A stretch of DNA of 64,000 bases. Source: Azolla caroliniana. Taxonomy: Eukaryota; Plantae; Polypodiophyta. A model generated the notes under the pieces. It had not been told where the DNA came from and did not search any database. It saw nothing but the letters and a program-made list of their open reading frames with translations. A program made the position numbers and the translations under genes. This document shows positions 1-11,562 of this stretch, in pieces (the stretch's first letter is position 1; every line of letters starts with the position of its first letter). The DNA is taken from positions 1,488,001 to 1,552,000 of the forward strand of contig JBHGNT010000006.1 in NCBI GenBank assembly GCA_043228905.1. Reading direction: 5' to 3'.

Positions 1-1299
1 ACTTTTTCTACAACAAAGATTGCACACACATTAGTGGGGGAGCCGTGGGTGAAACACTACAAAGAATTAATATTTATAACATGTTAGCATTCAAAATATT
101 GTTAGTAATTGGGCAATGGCAAACATCGTGCGAGACATAGCAAACTTAAAGGACTTGTAGAAAGTAAGACCTAAATAATTGATATTGTTCAAAAGCCCAA
201 TGCTTGAAATTCTATTGGTTGTAGTGATTGAAACATAGACATACCCACATAGGCAAATAAATTACATACTAATGGAAAGAAAATCTTCCCTTAAAACTAT
301 ATTTGCAACAATCTTCCTTTATGGTACACCTTCAAACATTAATAATTTATTGTGATAGGAACGCCAACATAACCCATGTTAGACTTGAGTTCATTGAGGT
401 TATGGGCAATAAGAGATTATCTTATGCACATATTGTCTCTACACGTAATTGTAAGTGATTATTGATGTAGTGATGGATACCAAACATTAACAAATTGACG
501 GTATATGATGGATGTTGAAGTACTCATGATTGAGGAGTTAGTACTATCTTGACCTAGAAAGGAAATGCCATCCATATGAGAGAATTTGAGTTAGCAAGTT
601 CCTATATTGTATCAACTAGAAGTATGTCATTAATGATTAAAGTTAACATTCTAATAAACCGTAAAGACTAGGGACACTTCTATACATACATGTGAAATAT
701 GATTTGTTCTTGTAAGAATGATACATATATGTATATAAATAAACAAAAGCTAACTAACTTTCATTTTTGTCTAGTTAAGGAAATCGAACTCCATGTTATT
801 CCCTAGTTCGAGATACATGACAAAACTAGGCATATGCTTGGAGAAAACTAATGATAAATGCTCTTGAAAGCTATATAGGAAAAGGTTTCGTTCTTTGCGC
901 TCTTGCGCCCAATTTGTTACCTTTAATATTATGTCAAATTTATTCTTTGATCTTGTGGCCTTACAAATTTATCACTTTACAAGTTTAGAGGTACAATACT
1001 TGTACTTTTCATTTCCCATGTGCATTTTAATAATGTTAATGGGACAATTTCGTGTGCATGGTGGTTACAATTTGGACTAGATATGTGAGTCCATCACTAT
1101 TCCAATGTTTACAATGTTTCATGTCTACTAATCATGTCAGAGTACTTTGAGCCAAAAGTTTAAGAAGCAACATATAAATATTATTACTACTTGTCCATTG
1201 ATATTAATGTCTCTCAATGATGTCAACGATTCTAAAGCTCTTAGTGGCCAGTATTGAATTCTTGGGTATATTGTTTTGTGAATGAATTCATAGAAGTTG

Positions 1300-1600
1300 G
1301 AATGTGACTAATTTCCTTCCCTCTAATATCTTTCTTATTTATGCATCATATGATTTAATAAGAATCTACAGTAAACGTGAAATGTGACTAATTTCGTTCC
1401 CTCCAATATGTCAATGTTTATTCATTCATGCTATAACCCATACATTAGGGTTGGTCTATGACTACTTTCATTACCTCTAATATCTCCCTTTTTATGTGTA
1501 ATGGGATTTAACTAGATACACTAATGTTGGAGTTTGACTAGTTTCGTTCCATATAATATCTCCCTTTTTATGCATTTTATGATTACCCTACTCTACATAG
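1300..1600. repeat. Degenerate tandem repeat, about 4 units of ~75-80 bp
   Basis: Motif TGACTA(A/C/G)TTTC.TT.C.T.TAATATC recurs at ~1305, 1385, 1459 and 1536. Confidence 0.6.
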
Positions 1601-2385
1601 AAGGGTAGTATAATTGCATAGCTAGAAGATATAGTACCTTAGTTCATTTGCATGCTATATACACATTATTCAAACATCATGAGTAGTGAGTATTAAAAGG
1701 TCACACTCAAGGACAAGGTCTATCCCCTAGGTTATAAGTGATAGATAATCATAATTAGGTATAACTGGCTGCCCTTGAAATAAAAGAGTTCAAAATTTTG
1801 AATTACATAAATGATAGTGGCACCAATGTAAACCTATCCAAAGTTTGGATTGAAGTAAGGTCTCGAAAGCAAAATGGAAACTCGATCTAGTTTTCCATAT
1901 TAACCACGCGTGACATTAAGCATCATTATTACCCTATTCATTGTAAGTCTTGTCTTCTAGAAGCAAACATGGAACACTATGATTGTGAATTCAAGATGTG
2001 AAATACGTTAAAATCCTAACTATCATGTTTTTGCAATAGTTGTTCCAGAAATATCGTTACCCTTACATGACAATCATGCAACCAATACCATCTATTTGCG
2101 TGCATGAAGTGAACGCTAATTTAAGGTTGGCTGAAAGGAATTCACTTTGCATCAATTGGTGAGTGTACCCAAGTCACTTTGTTCTCATGATGTATATTGG
2201 ATAGAGTGGTGCAAATATGTCTATTGTGGGACTAGAAGTGGAAGTATGTAAGAGTTGTCTTCCTTTACAAAATTCGAATGAAGGAAGGAAGGAGTACGCT
2301 ATAGCTTCATAAGTAAAGTGGCTCATGATTTTAACTAGAATTTGGGGGTGGGAGGGACCAAAGGAGGGCACAAATCATGTGGTAA

Positions 2386-2447
<62 letters not shown>
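2386..2447. repeat. Compound (GT)n(GA)n microsatellite
   Basis: Directly visible. Confidence 0.95.
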
Positions 2448-2450
<3 letters not shown>

Positions 2451-3159
2451 TGATATGAAAGGTGAATAGGTCAATATTAAAAGAAAGCTTAAAAGTTAGG
2501 GGCAAAGTTTGCTTAAAAGTGAGGATGAACAATAAGCGTTTAACTTAAAATATAGGATGAATAGTTACTGCGCCAGTGAAGTGCCAAGCAAGGTACTCAT
2601 TCACACACACATAACCATGAGCTTCCATGTCACTACTAGCAAGTGGTAGAAGCAGAGGGTAGTAGTAGGGTGGTGGGTGGTCACCATGCCAATCACATGG
2701 GTGTACAAACAAATACATTTACAATAGTAATAATATTACCACTATTACTACTATAGCCATATTCAATGATTGTAATAATATATTACTATTAATGTTGATC
2801 AATTAACAATGATGTGACAAAGAGGGGGAGGGTTCTCTACTTTTAATAAAAGTTGGGAATGAGTCTCGACTCGACTCGACTCGACTGTCCATTGATTCAA
2901 TCACCTCCCCCGCCCGGTCTGAGAGGGTCGACAAATGCTGTTTTTAAAAAAGGCACTGAATAATAGATACAGTATGTGTGTCTGTATCTGTGTGTTGGGG
3001 GGGTCTCAAATCCATCTATTGACCATAATATATGTATATATAGATATGTAACACAACTATTTAGGGCTTCTTATTTTATCTATTCTTCTATTCGCACTTT
3101 AGGGTTTTATTAAATACTTTAGAGTTTTATTCATAGATAAACAAAGCCCTATGCATGCA

Positions 3160-3170
3160 TCACACACACA

Positions 3171-3218
<48 letters not shown>

Positions 3219-3260
3219 CTCTCTCTCTCTTTCTCTCTCTGTGTTGAATGCTATAAATAC
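3160..3260 (+). promoter_or_regulatory. Putative Pol II core promoter of MIR319 copy 1: (CA)n(CT)n tract followed by TATA box CTATAAATA (3251-3259)
   Basis: Canonical plant TATA after a pyrimidine patch, ~630 bp upstream of the hairpin on the same strand. TSS not demonstrated. Confidence 0.55.
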
Positions 3261-3889
3261 CCAAACATAATCAAGCATCTCGCATCTAAATATTTGCTCT
3301 ACTGAAAGCTACTGCACTTTCATTAGCAGAAACATGCATGCGTATAGATGATAGATCCATACATACATAGATATGATACACAACATAGATTTGATATGAT
3401 ACAACATAGATATGTACCATGGATAAATGCTGCTTGCTTCTCTGTGTTATTAATTAGTATGTAGTGTGTTATGATACAGCATAGATTAGATATGATACAA
3501 CGTGGATATATGCTGCTTGCTTCTCTGTGTTATTAATTAGTAGTGAGTTATTTCTCTTATTATTATGCAGATTAAAGCAAAATCATGTTAGGTGAACGTC
3601 GTTTGTTTTAACAGAGCTCCGTAACAGTCATGGAGGATTTAATTAGCTTTAACAATTCAATATGGAGATTAAAGCAAAATCATGTTTTGTTTTATTTTAA
3701 AGTCATGGAGGATATAGTTAGCGAACAATGATAGATACTTTTTAAGGCATGATGGATGCTAATCCTTTGACTGAGGTGAATCGATCATCAAGGCATAAGT
3801 GTTAATAGAACTGCATTCGGTCACAATCGTTTTCTGTGTGGTTACAATTTACAAAGTTTTTTTGTTTGTGAGATCAACTCAAGAGGCAA

Positions 3890-4128
3890 GAGGAGCTCTC
3901 CTCGGTCCAACCCAGGGGGAGAGAGGGTGGCAAGGCGTGGCTGCTGCCTCGCTCATTCGTCTGGTACTGCCGTTCTATTCTATTCATCTCTCCGTCTCTC
4001 TGTGTCGGTTCAACCGACCAAATTATGTACCTGTCATGACGAGATGGCGCTCCACACGTGTGGGCGATGCAGGAGCCGCCCCCACCCTTCCCCTCCTCCC
4101 ACCCGCCTTGGACTGAAGGGAGCTCCTC
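3890..4128 (+). ncRNA. MIR319: microRNA precursor MIR319 (copy 1); mature miR319 TTGGACTGAAGGGAGCTCCTC at 4108-4128, star arm 3890-3910
   Basis: The 3' arm matches the conserved land-plant miR319 sequence (UUGGACUGAAGGGAGCUCC). The 5' arm GAGGAGCTCTCCTCGGTCCAA pairs with it (1 mismatch, 2 G:U). The second loop-proximal conserved duplex typical of MIR319/159 is present (GCTGCCTCGCTCATTCG pairing with CGTGTGGGCGATGCAGGAGC). Fold-back is ~240 nt. Confidence 0.95.
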
Positions 4129-5473
4129 CTCCTCCTCCGCCGCCTTCGATCGCCTGGTTTTCTCTGATGCCTGCAATCGTAATTGCGACCTTCATTGATC
4201 GTCGCCCTTTTTGTTGCAGCCTGTTTCCTTCATTAGTAAGATAAATATAAATATGAACTCATGATATCAATCGATGGACTTCGCTCAAGAAAGTTTCCTT
4301 ACTTACTTCGATCTCCGCTGATCTTCCCATTTTATAAACCCTAAACCCTAAACACCTCCTTCATCTCGTCTGTTTCGTTTTTCTTTTTTCTGCCATTGTG
4401 TTTTTTACAGCAATCTTTCATCCCTGCCAGGTCTCCGCAGTCCCCCCTCTTGTGTGTCTCCTACTACTAAAGTAGAAGCGATGGCGACAAAGCCCCCCCT
4501 ACTGACAGATCCGTATCTGATATAACGGGAAGAACATGATCGAGCGCAAGGTAAATGGAAATTAAACCCCGAAAGACTCTTTACTGATCTCTTACTTCAC
4601 ATCATTCTGCTTCAATGAGAAATAAAATCATTAGCCTAAAGTTACGATGCCGTGCTTGCAGTCGAAGGGCGAACGTGCGATGGCGTCATGCCCATTCTGG
4701 CGGGCCGGCCCCGAGGCGCCTACGTCAGGCACCGCCCTGTGACGTCATGCCCATTCCCGGGTACTCTCCCCCGCCCTGTCGCTGTCGGGAAATTTCGTGG
4801 CACTTGCTTTTTCCTGATATATATATATATATATGTTTTGTCTGTGTTTTTGTTCTTTTCTGGACGTTCTGATTTATATTCTCGTGACAGTAGCCTTTTC
4901 GATGCTGCGCTCAAGTCATGACTCATGGCGCTTTCATTTATGGCGGCCGGGATGATAAATGGAGGAGGAATTTCTTTTTTGTTTATTGACATCTTGAAAT
5001 CCATCACTGTTTGGTTTTGACTTCTGTTTCTACAGAAACGCACACAGTTTGTATGTATATGATGTTGCTCTAGGTATATATTCCATTCCATTCCATTCCC
5101 TTCATATTAACTCAGAACTGTCTGTCCTTGACAAATCTTCCTTCCCCACCATGTAATTGAATCCTCAATAAATGATCTGATATTGCCTTCCTTGTTTTAT
5201 TACAAGCAAGTGGCCTATCCATGTATAGACGTGGACAGATTACATACATATATTTTAAGTTGTATATAATGTCTGCTTTTTACCATATATGTATTGTCAA
5301 ACGTTGAATTGATTGGTGAACATTCAATTTTTGTTCTTACTTTGAAAAACCGAGGAAGACTCACATTTATAAACCGTTCCTTTCATTCTTCATTTATAAT
5401 ACTTAGTTCATTCATTCCTACTCTTTACTTGGCGTAATCTTTCTCGTGTTTAAAGTTACTTTAATAATACTTG

Positions 5474-5690
5474 TTAAGGGTCTTCAATATTTGTTAGTAC
5501 ATTATAAGCAAGCTATGCTCTTTGACTCGATGTTGCTAACAAGATACATGTTGGGTAATGATTGATGACAACATCACATCACATTATCGCAAATATTAAG
5601 GGTCTTCAACATTTGCTAGTACATTATAAGCAAGCTATGGTCTTTGTGTCTATTGGGTAATGATTTACAACATCACATCTCATTAGTCGC
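5474..5690. repeat. Local tandem duplication, ~122-bp unit x2
   Basis: TTAAGGGTCTTCAA..TTTG.TAGTACATTATAAGCAAGCTATG at 5474 and 5596. Confidence 0.85.
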
Positions 5691-6604
5691 ATTTCAAGGA
5701 AAAAGTGAGTTAGGGGTGGTGCTACGTGGAATATGATACTTCATTACATGTAGTGCTACCTATCCAAAGTGAGCAAGAAGTTTGACATCTAGAGCAATCA
5801 AGAAGATATGACTGTCGTTCATGGAGGTTTGGTTCGGCTTGTGCCAACAATTGTAACACTTTTTCAATATGGTGACACTTACATGATCCTTCGATTATTG
5901 CCGTTAAAAAAAATCCAGCTATTGACTATGCCAAATTATATAACATTCAATGATTTTTTATTTTTATGGCATGAGTTTTTTTTTGAGGGGATAAGTGTAA
6001 TTTAAACACCACATGAGTAATACACCACTTGAGATATTACCCAAGTAATTCCAGCTCAATTTGTTGTCTACTAATTAAAACAATCTTGATAAACTTTTTC
6101 TTTTAGTTTTTATAATGCTTGGTCCAAGTTTTGGTCCACTATAGTGTTCGTCGCAAATTTAAATCCAATATATTTCTCACACAATGTGTGCAATGTGTGT
6201 TTCTAAAGGCTGTCATATGAATAGCTGATTCGTTTTGAAGTAGTTCTAATAAAGGATGTCCAATATAATGTCATGATGCCATTAGTCTCAATGTTGTTTC
6301 CATGTAGTGTATGTACATGTCGTGATAGTTTTAGAAACACAATGGTTGATTATTGCGAATGTAGATTGATAGTTTTTGGAAACAAGATAATTGACTTGGA
6401 ATACGTTCAACTTCTAGAGTAACTTTGCATATGAGTCTTATTTTCAATTGGACCACTCTAAATATGACATTTTGTTAGAAATGGTCCACGACTACACTAT
6501 CACAAGGAGAATTTTAGGAATTGTATTGAAGATATTTTCCTAAGTGAAAATTTATGGAGATGGAGGCTAATAATATATATGGATTGAATTGTTCTAGCGC
6601 ATAT

Positions 6605-7173
6605 AAAAGTCATGATAATTATTTTCAACTATACGTACATTGAAGATCTTACCTTCATTTCCTTTCACAAGTAATTCTTACCTTCATTTCTTTTCACAAG
6701 TTCAAGTCTGGATTACCACCACCAATGTGTTCCATTTTAATAAAAGAACTACATCCCAACACCCTCTACATCATGCATTAGACATTTTATATAATTGTTC
6801 ATAGTTGTATCATCTTATCAAGGGTCTAGACAACATTTATTCACATTCCACAAATACCTTATTTTCTATATCATACTTAAAACATAGAAAAGTCATGATA
6901 ATTATTTTCAACTATACGTATATTGAAGATCTTACCTTCATTTCCTTTCACAAGTAATTCTTACCTTCATTTCTTTTCACAAGTTCAATGTGTTCCATTT
7001 TAATAAAAGAACTACATCCCAACACCCTCTATACATAATGCATTAGACATTTTATAATTATTCACATTTGTATCATCTTATCAAGGGTCTAGACATGAAG
7101 TTCTGGTAACATTTACTCTATATGATGTTCACATTCCACAAATACCTTATTTTCTATATCGTACTTAAAACAT
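6605..7173. repeat. Local tandem duplication, ~283-bp unit x2
   Basis: AAAAGTCATGATAATTATTTTCAACTATACG... at 6605 and 6888; near-identical with small indels. Confidence 0.9.
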
Positions 7174-8686
7174 TGGTGGGTGTGACAAAGAGGAAAGAGA
7201 CGAAAGAGGAAGGATATAAGAGATATGGAACGTATGAAAGAAAAGTGTAAACGAAACTCTAGCTTCATTTTGTGTGTATGGATACATAATAATAGAATCC
7301 TACCTCAATTTTGTTGCATGCATGAACCCAAAATACATTTATGCCCTTGTAACGACACATTTAATCCCTGCCCCCCTCTACATACATTGATAAGATATTA
7401 ATAGGCCTTCAAAACCTTAAAACGGAGATTTTATATTAGGGGGTGATCCATTACGGGAAGGCCCACTAGACATCAGCAGAAATTTCGAGAAAAAAGGGCG
7501 TAGAAATGGAGTCTTAAGCTAGGGCTCTGCCGTAAAGAGTCATGTCCTCCATATACTACAAGAAAGATAACATCTAAGCAGCCTAATAACCCACGGAAGT
7601 TCTGCCTTACCGAATTGTTTGCTACACAAATTTCCTACTCGGAACTGGAATGTGTCGACGCAGTGTTAGGATTTTAATTGAAACCTTAATGTCACCATCT
7701 AGACGGCAATTTTAACATTATGTAGCGGCTAAGCAATGAATAATGAATAATGAATAATAGCAGCAATAACAAAAGAAATCCGTTTTCCTTCTACGCAAAA
7801 AACAGCAGCACACGAGCTTAGGATTTAACTTTCAGAAAAAATAGTTCAAAAAAGTAACCGCTGACTGCATGCGAAATAATAATGGTGTAATAAGCGACCA
7901 CAGGTTACACAGAGAAAAACTTCGACTCAAACCTGTTGGTGTGCGTACTTCATTAGACAAAAAACAGATTGATATAAATGAAATAAGTGGACCATTAAAG
8001 CAAAGTGAAAGGGTAACTGCAATATTAAAGCCACCCATTCCAAATGATAACGACAACATAATCTAGTACTGGATTTTGCACACTAGCCAGCTTCTATATT
8101 TATGATGAATATTAAAAGAGGGAGAGAGGAAGTGTGGGGTACAGCTGTATTTTTTTTTCTGTATTTCTGTTTTTGCAGAAAGGGAAGGAAATTACAGACG
8201 ACACGCAGAGGTGACGTGACGTGAGGGGAAGGTATGAAATCGCCTTGTGAAGAGAAGAGAAGGAACTTTTGAAGAAAACGATTATCGTTCCAGTGTATTT
8301 ATTATTATTTAAGAGTAAATAAAGGTATCGCCTTGTGAAGAACCTTTTGAAGATGAAAACTATTATCGTTCCAGTGTATTTATTATTTATGTATAATCGA
8401 GAAAAATACAAAGTATTTAATAATTGGTGTATACATATTATTACATAGTGTATGTATGGAAAAAGAAAAAGGGTTCCCAAAAAGGGGAAAAACCTAATCA
8501 ATAAAAAATACGAAATATTGAAATGGCTCGCATATTTTGCCTTATTATTAGTAGTAGTATGATTATTAATGTGTGTCTTTGGAGATAGCGACATCGCGAC
8601 GTTCAAGATTCCGCACAAACTACGTGTTACACCCCACCCCTTCTTTCCTTCTTGTGATCTGCTCTTGAGGTGAGACCAGAGGGGGC

Positions 8687-8700
8687 GGGTGGGCCCACCC
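8687..8700. promoter_or_regulatory. Perfect palindrome GGGTGGGCCCACCC containing TCP-type site GTGGGCCCAC
   Basis: Matches the TCP consensus GTGGGNCC / GGNCCCAC on both strands. Function not shown. Confidence 0.3.
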
Positions 8701-8848
8701 CCGGCAAACCTCCACGCGTCACTTCTCGATAGGGTAAGGCCGGTCGGCTTGCCGGAAAGCACAGGAAGCCGGATCCAAGGAAAATAAATAATACATACAT
8801 ACATACAGACCACCGTCGAATATATTCCGATCACCCGCCAGCAAAGTT

Positions 8849-8896
8849 GGTATGTATGTATGTATGTATGTATGTATGTATGTATGTATGTATGTA
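8849..8896. repeat. (TATG)n microsatellite
   Basis: Directly visible. Confidence 0.95.
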
Positions 8897-9105
8897 GTAG
8901 GCCTCCTCTCTTTCTCTCACTGCTTCCGGCGGCCGCAGATCCGTAGAGCCAACGCCGGCCCCAACCATAGCGACCTGCGACAGTGTCAGCAAAAGGATTA
9001 TTATGAAGAATAACGGGCGTCTCCACGAAGAATATAACATTGATCGCAGGACCATGCAAGCCATATGCGTTACGGCGCAGGAATGGGAGAGGGGAGTATG
9101 AGAAT

Positions 9106-9350
9106 GAGGAGCTCCCTTCAGTCCAAGGCGGGTGGGAGGAGGGGAAGGGTGGGGCGGCTCCTGCGTCGCTCACACGTGTGGCGTGTCGTCGTCGTCGTCG
9201 TCGAAGGAGCTAGCTAAGGGAGGTGTGTCTTGTCTTAAGGGAGAGACCACACAAAAGACAGAAGGAACGACAGTGCCAAACGAATGAGCGAGGCAACAGC
9301 CACGCCTTGCCACCCTCTCTCCCCCTGGGTTGGACCGAGGAGAGCTCCTC
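9106..9350 (-). ncRNA. MIR319: microRNA precursor MIR319 (copy 2); mature miR319 at 9126-9106, star arm 9350-9330
   Basis: The reverse complement contains TTGGACTGAAGGGAGCTCCTC and the same star arm and loop-proximal duplex as copy 1. Terminal loop differs. Confidence 0.95.
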
Positions 9351-10080
9351 TTGCCTCTTCTTTCTTTAACACACACACACACACACACTCCCTCTCTCTC
9401 TCTCTCTCTCTCATCCAATACCTTTGCCTAACACCATTACAAATTTTTACTGGTAAAAAACACACATACTCACTCCCCTAAATCATGAATCATGAGATAT
9501 TCAACACAAATGCCGCCTTAGTTGTTTATTATGAGTATCAAGGCATGATACTTAATGCGCTTTTAAAAATATATAAAATGCCTCCCCTTGTTTATTATGA
9601 GTATCAAAAGCCTGCTAAATACGCTTTAAAACCAGAAACATAAACCTACATTCTTTTGATTAGCCCAACTAACTGGTATGCGTTTAAATACTCTCTTCAT
9701 AGTTAAAACCCTTTTTAAATACTACTGTCGTCCTAAGAATACAGAATAGTTCACAACCATTACAACAAAGTCCTAAATATCCTAACCCTAAATACACGAA
9801 TATACAGATTCATGTATGCATTAAAGAAGAAGAAGATCAATTACTCTACATCTATATTATGTGGTATATTAGGCTGAGCAACAGAATTAAATATTTTCTG
9901 TTATATTATGTATAGCAACATCATTAAACAAGATCGACTATAGTTATTATTATGTTTGAGCAACAACATGATACATAAAAAATATATTAATTTGTTGGCA
10001 GTGGGGAAACAGTTGCAGGGGACATCGGACAGCAAAGAAGGGTAATAGAAGAGATAGGAAGTGCATAAGGAGTTTGCTTC

Positions 10081-10090
10081 ATATTTATAA
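10081..10090 (-). promoter_or_regulatory. Putative TATA box (TTATAAATAT) of MIR319 copy 2
   Basis: On the minus strand ~730 bp upstream of the hairpin, followed by a pyrimidine-rich initiator-like region. TSS not demonstrated. Confidence 0.45.
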
Positions 10091-10425
10091 GGACGATGAT
10101 GAGAATGGGAGCAAAAATAGTATTTATGTAAATAAAAATAAGATTCAATGGGTTTTATGGAAATTAGATGTTGAGAGCGGCTGATCAATGGATGGATGGA
10201 CGATGTCCCTCCCCCACCCCCCTTTTTCTGCTTCTAAAAATTGTCCTCGTAGTTAGTCATCTTTTCTTCCTTGTATTATTATTAAAGCGAGTTTGAGTGT
10301 GAGTCTGTGTCTGTGTCTCTTTCACACTCGTCACATCAAATGTCCCCAAAAAGAGCGCTGATCATATCAATCAAGCCTTGCTGCTACTACCCCACCACTA
10401 CTACTTCTTCTCCTAGTAGTAGAAT

Positions 10426-10426
<1 letters not shown>

Positions 10427-10482
<56 letters not shown>

Positions 10483-10500
10483 GAGGAGGAGGAGGATGAG
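10427..10500. repeat. (TAG)n then (GAG)n microsatellite
   Basis: Directly visible. Confidence 0.95.
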
Positions 10501-11228
10501 TAGAGAACAGAGTGTATGACCCTCCAACTACCCATGTGGTTCCTCATTATATATTTCCACACACACACACACACTCTTGTCCACTCCCTTCACTTCAGTG
10601 CCCCTTCTTCACAATAGTTTCAACCTAATCAACAACTACATTACAATATACACTGAATCTCTCCCTCTCTCAAGTATTAACACCATGTGAGAAGCATAAG
10701 GAGGTCCCCACCCTCGGCTTCTTCACCTCTCCTAGGTTTTCTTGTCTAGTTATATATATGTAACATATATATATATATATATGAACGAACTACTTGAACC
10801 CTTATAGTTTCCAATGCCTACTACCACTACATTCCAATGTCATGAGATGACAGGTGACGACTTGACCCTTCCCCTACCAATGCTCATCATCATCATCATT
10901 GCGCACCTCGCTTTGTAATTATTGGTGCAACGTCCAACCCCCCCCCCCCCCCCCCCCTTCCCCATCCCCACTTTCCATTCTCGAGCTCACAACTATGTCC
11001 AATGTGTCACTACTAATGTGCATAAATATATCTAAATATCTATATGTGCGTAAATATATCAACGTCACGAGAATTAATAGTATCACCAATAACATATTGT
11101 GAGCCAACCACAATATCTCTCTTCATAAGCTAAGCAAATACAATATTAGTGAATGTTTTGAAGTCTACATTACCCCAAAGAGATAGCTTCAACATGTATC
11201 ATGCGCATTTAAATGGCGGAGTATGAAA

Positions 11229-11562
11229 TGTTTACATAATCATCCACCACATGTTTTATTCTATTATAACACTAAGTTAAAATTTAGTCCAACATGCTTA
11301 TTGTAATAGGTTTTCCTCAAGATAAGGTTTAGTCCAACATGGCTATCATGATGTCTACATTCAGTTCATGTGTTTGTCTGTGGAAGTTTGTGTGTGTTTA
11401 CATAATCATCCACCGCATGTTTTATTCTATTATAACACTAAGTTAAAATTTAGTCCAACATGCTTATTCTAATAGGTTTTCATGAAGATAAGGTTTAGTC
11501 CAACATGGCTATCATGATGTCTACATTCAATTCATGTGTTTGTATGTGGAAGTTTGTGTGTG
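11229..11562. repeat. Local tandem duplication, ~166-bp unit x2
   Basis: TGTTTACATAATCATCCACC.CATGTTTTATTC... at 11229 and 11395; near-identical. Confidence 0.9.

Noticed and set aside
3799-4244. ORFs sharing peptides with ORFs at 9170-9481 (ARGALLGPTQGERGWQG)
   Set aside because: The similarity is explained by the duplicated miR319 stems, not protein conservation.
8112-9173. 353-aa minus-strand ORF
   Set aside because: Runs through the MIR319 arm, a (TATG)n microsatellite and AT-rich repeats; non-ATG start and no domain. Probably a chance ORF.
3880-9360. Long inverted repeat as TIRs of a foldback transposon
   Set aside because: No TSD seen; the homology is confined to miRNA stems and each arm folds on itself.
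9950-10070. Candidate miPEP ORF upstream of MIR319 copy 2 (and MHAYR at ~3335 for copy 1)
   Set aside because: The ATG lies too close to the TATA box, and the two peptides are not conserved with each other.
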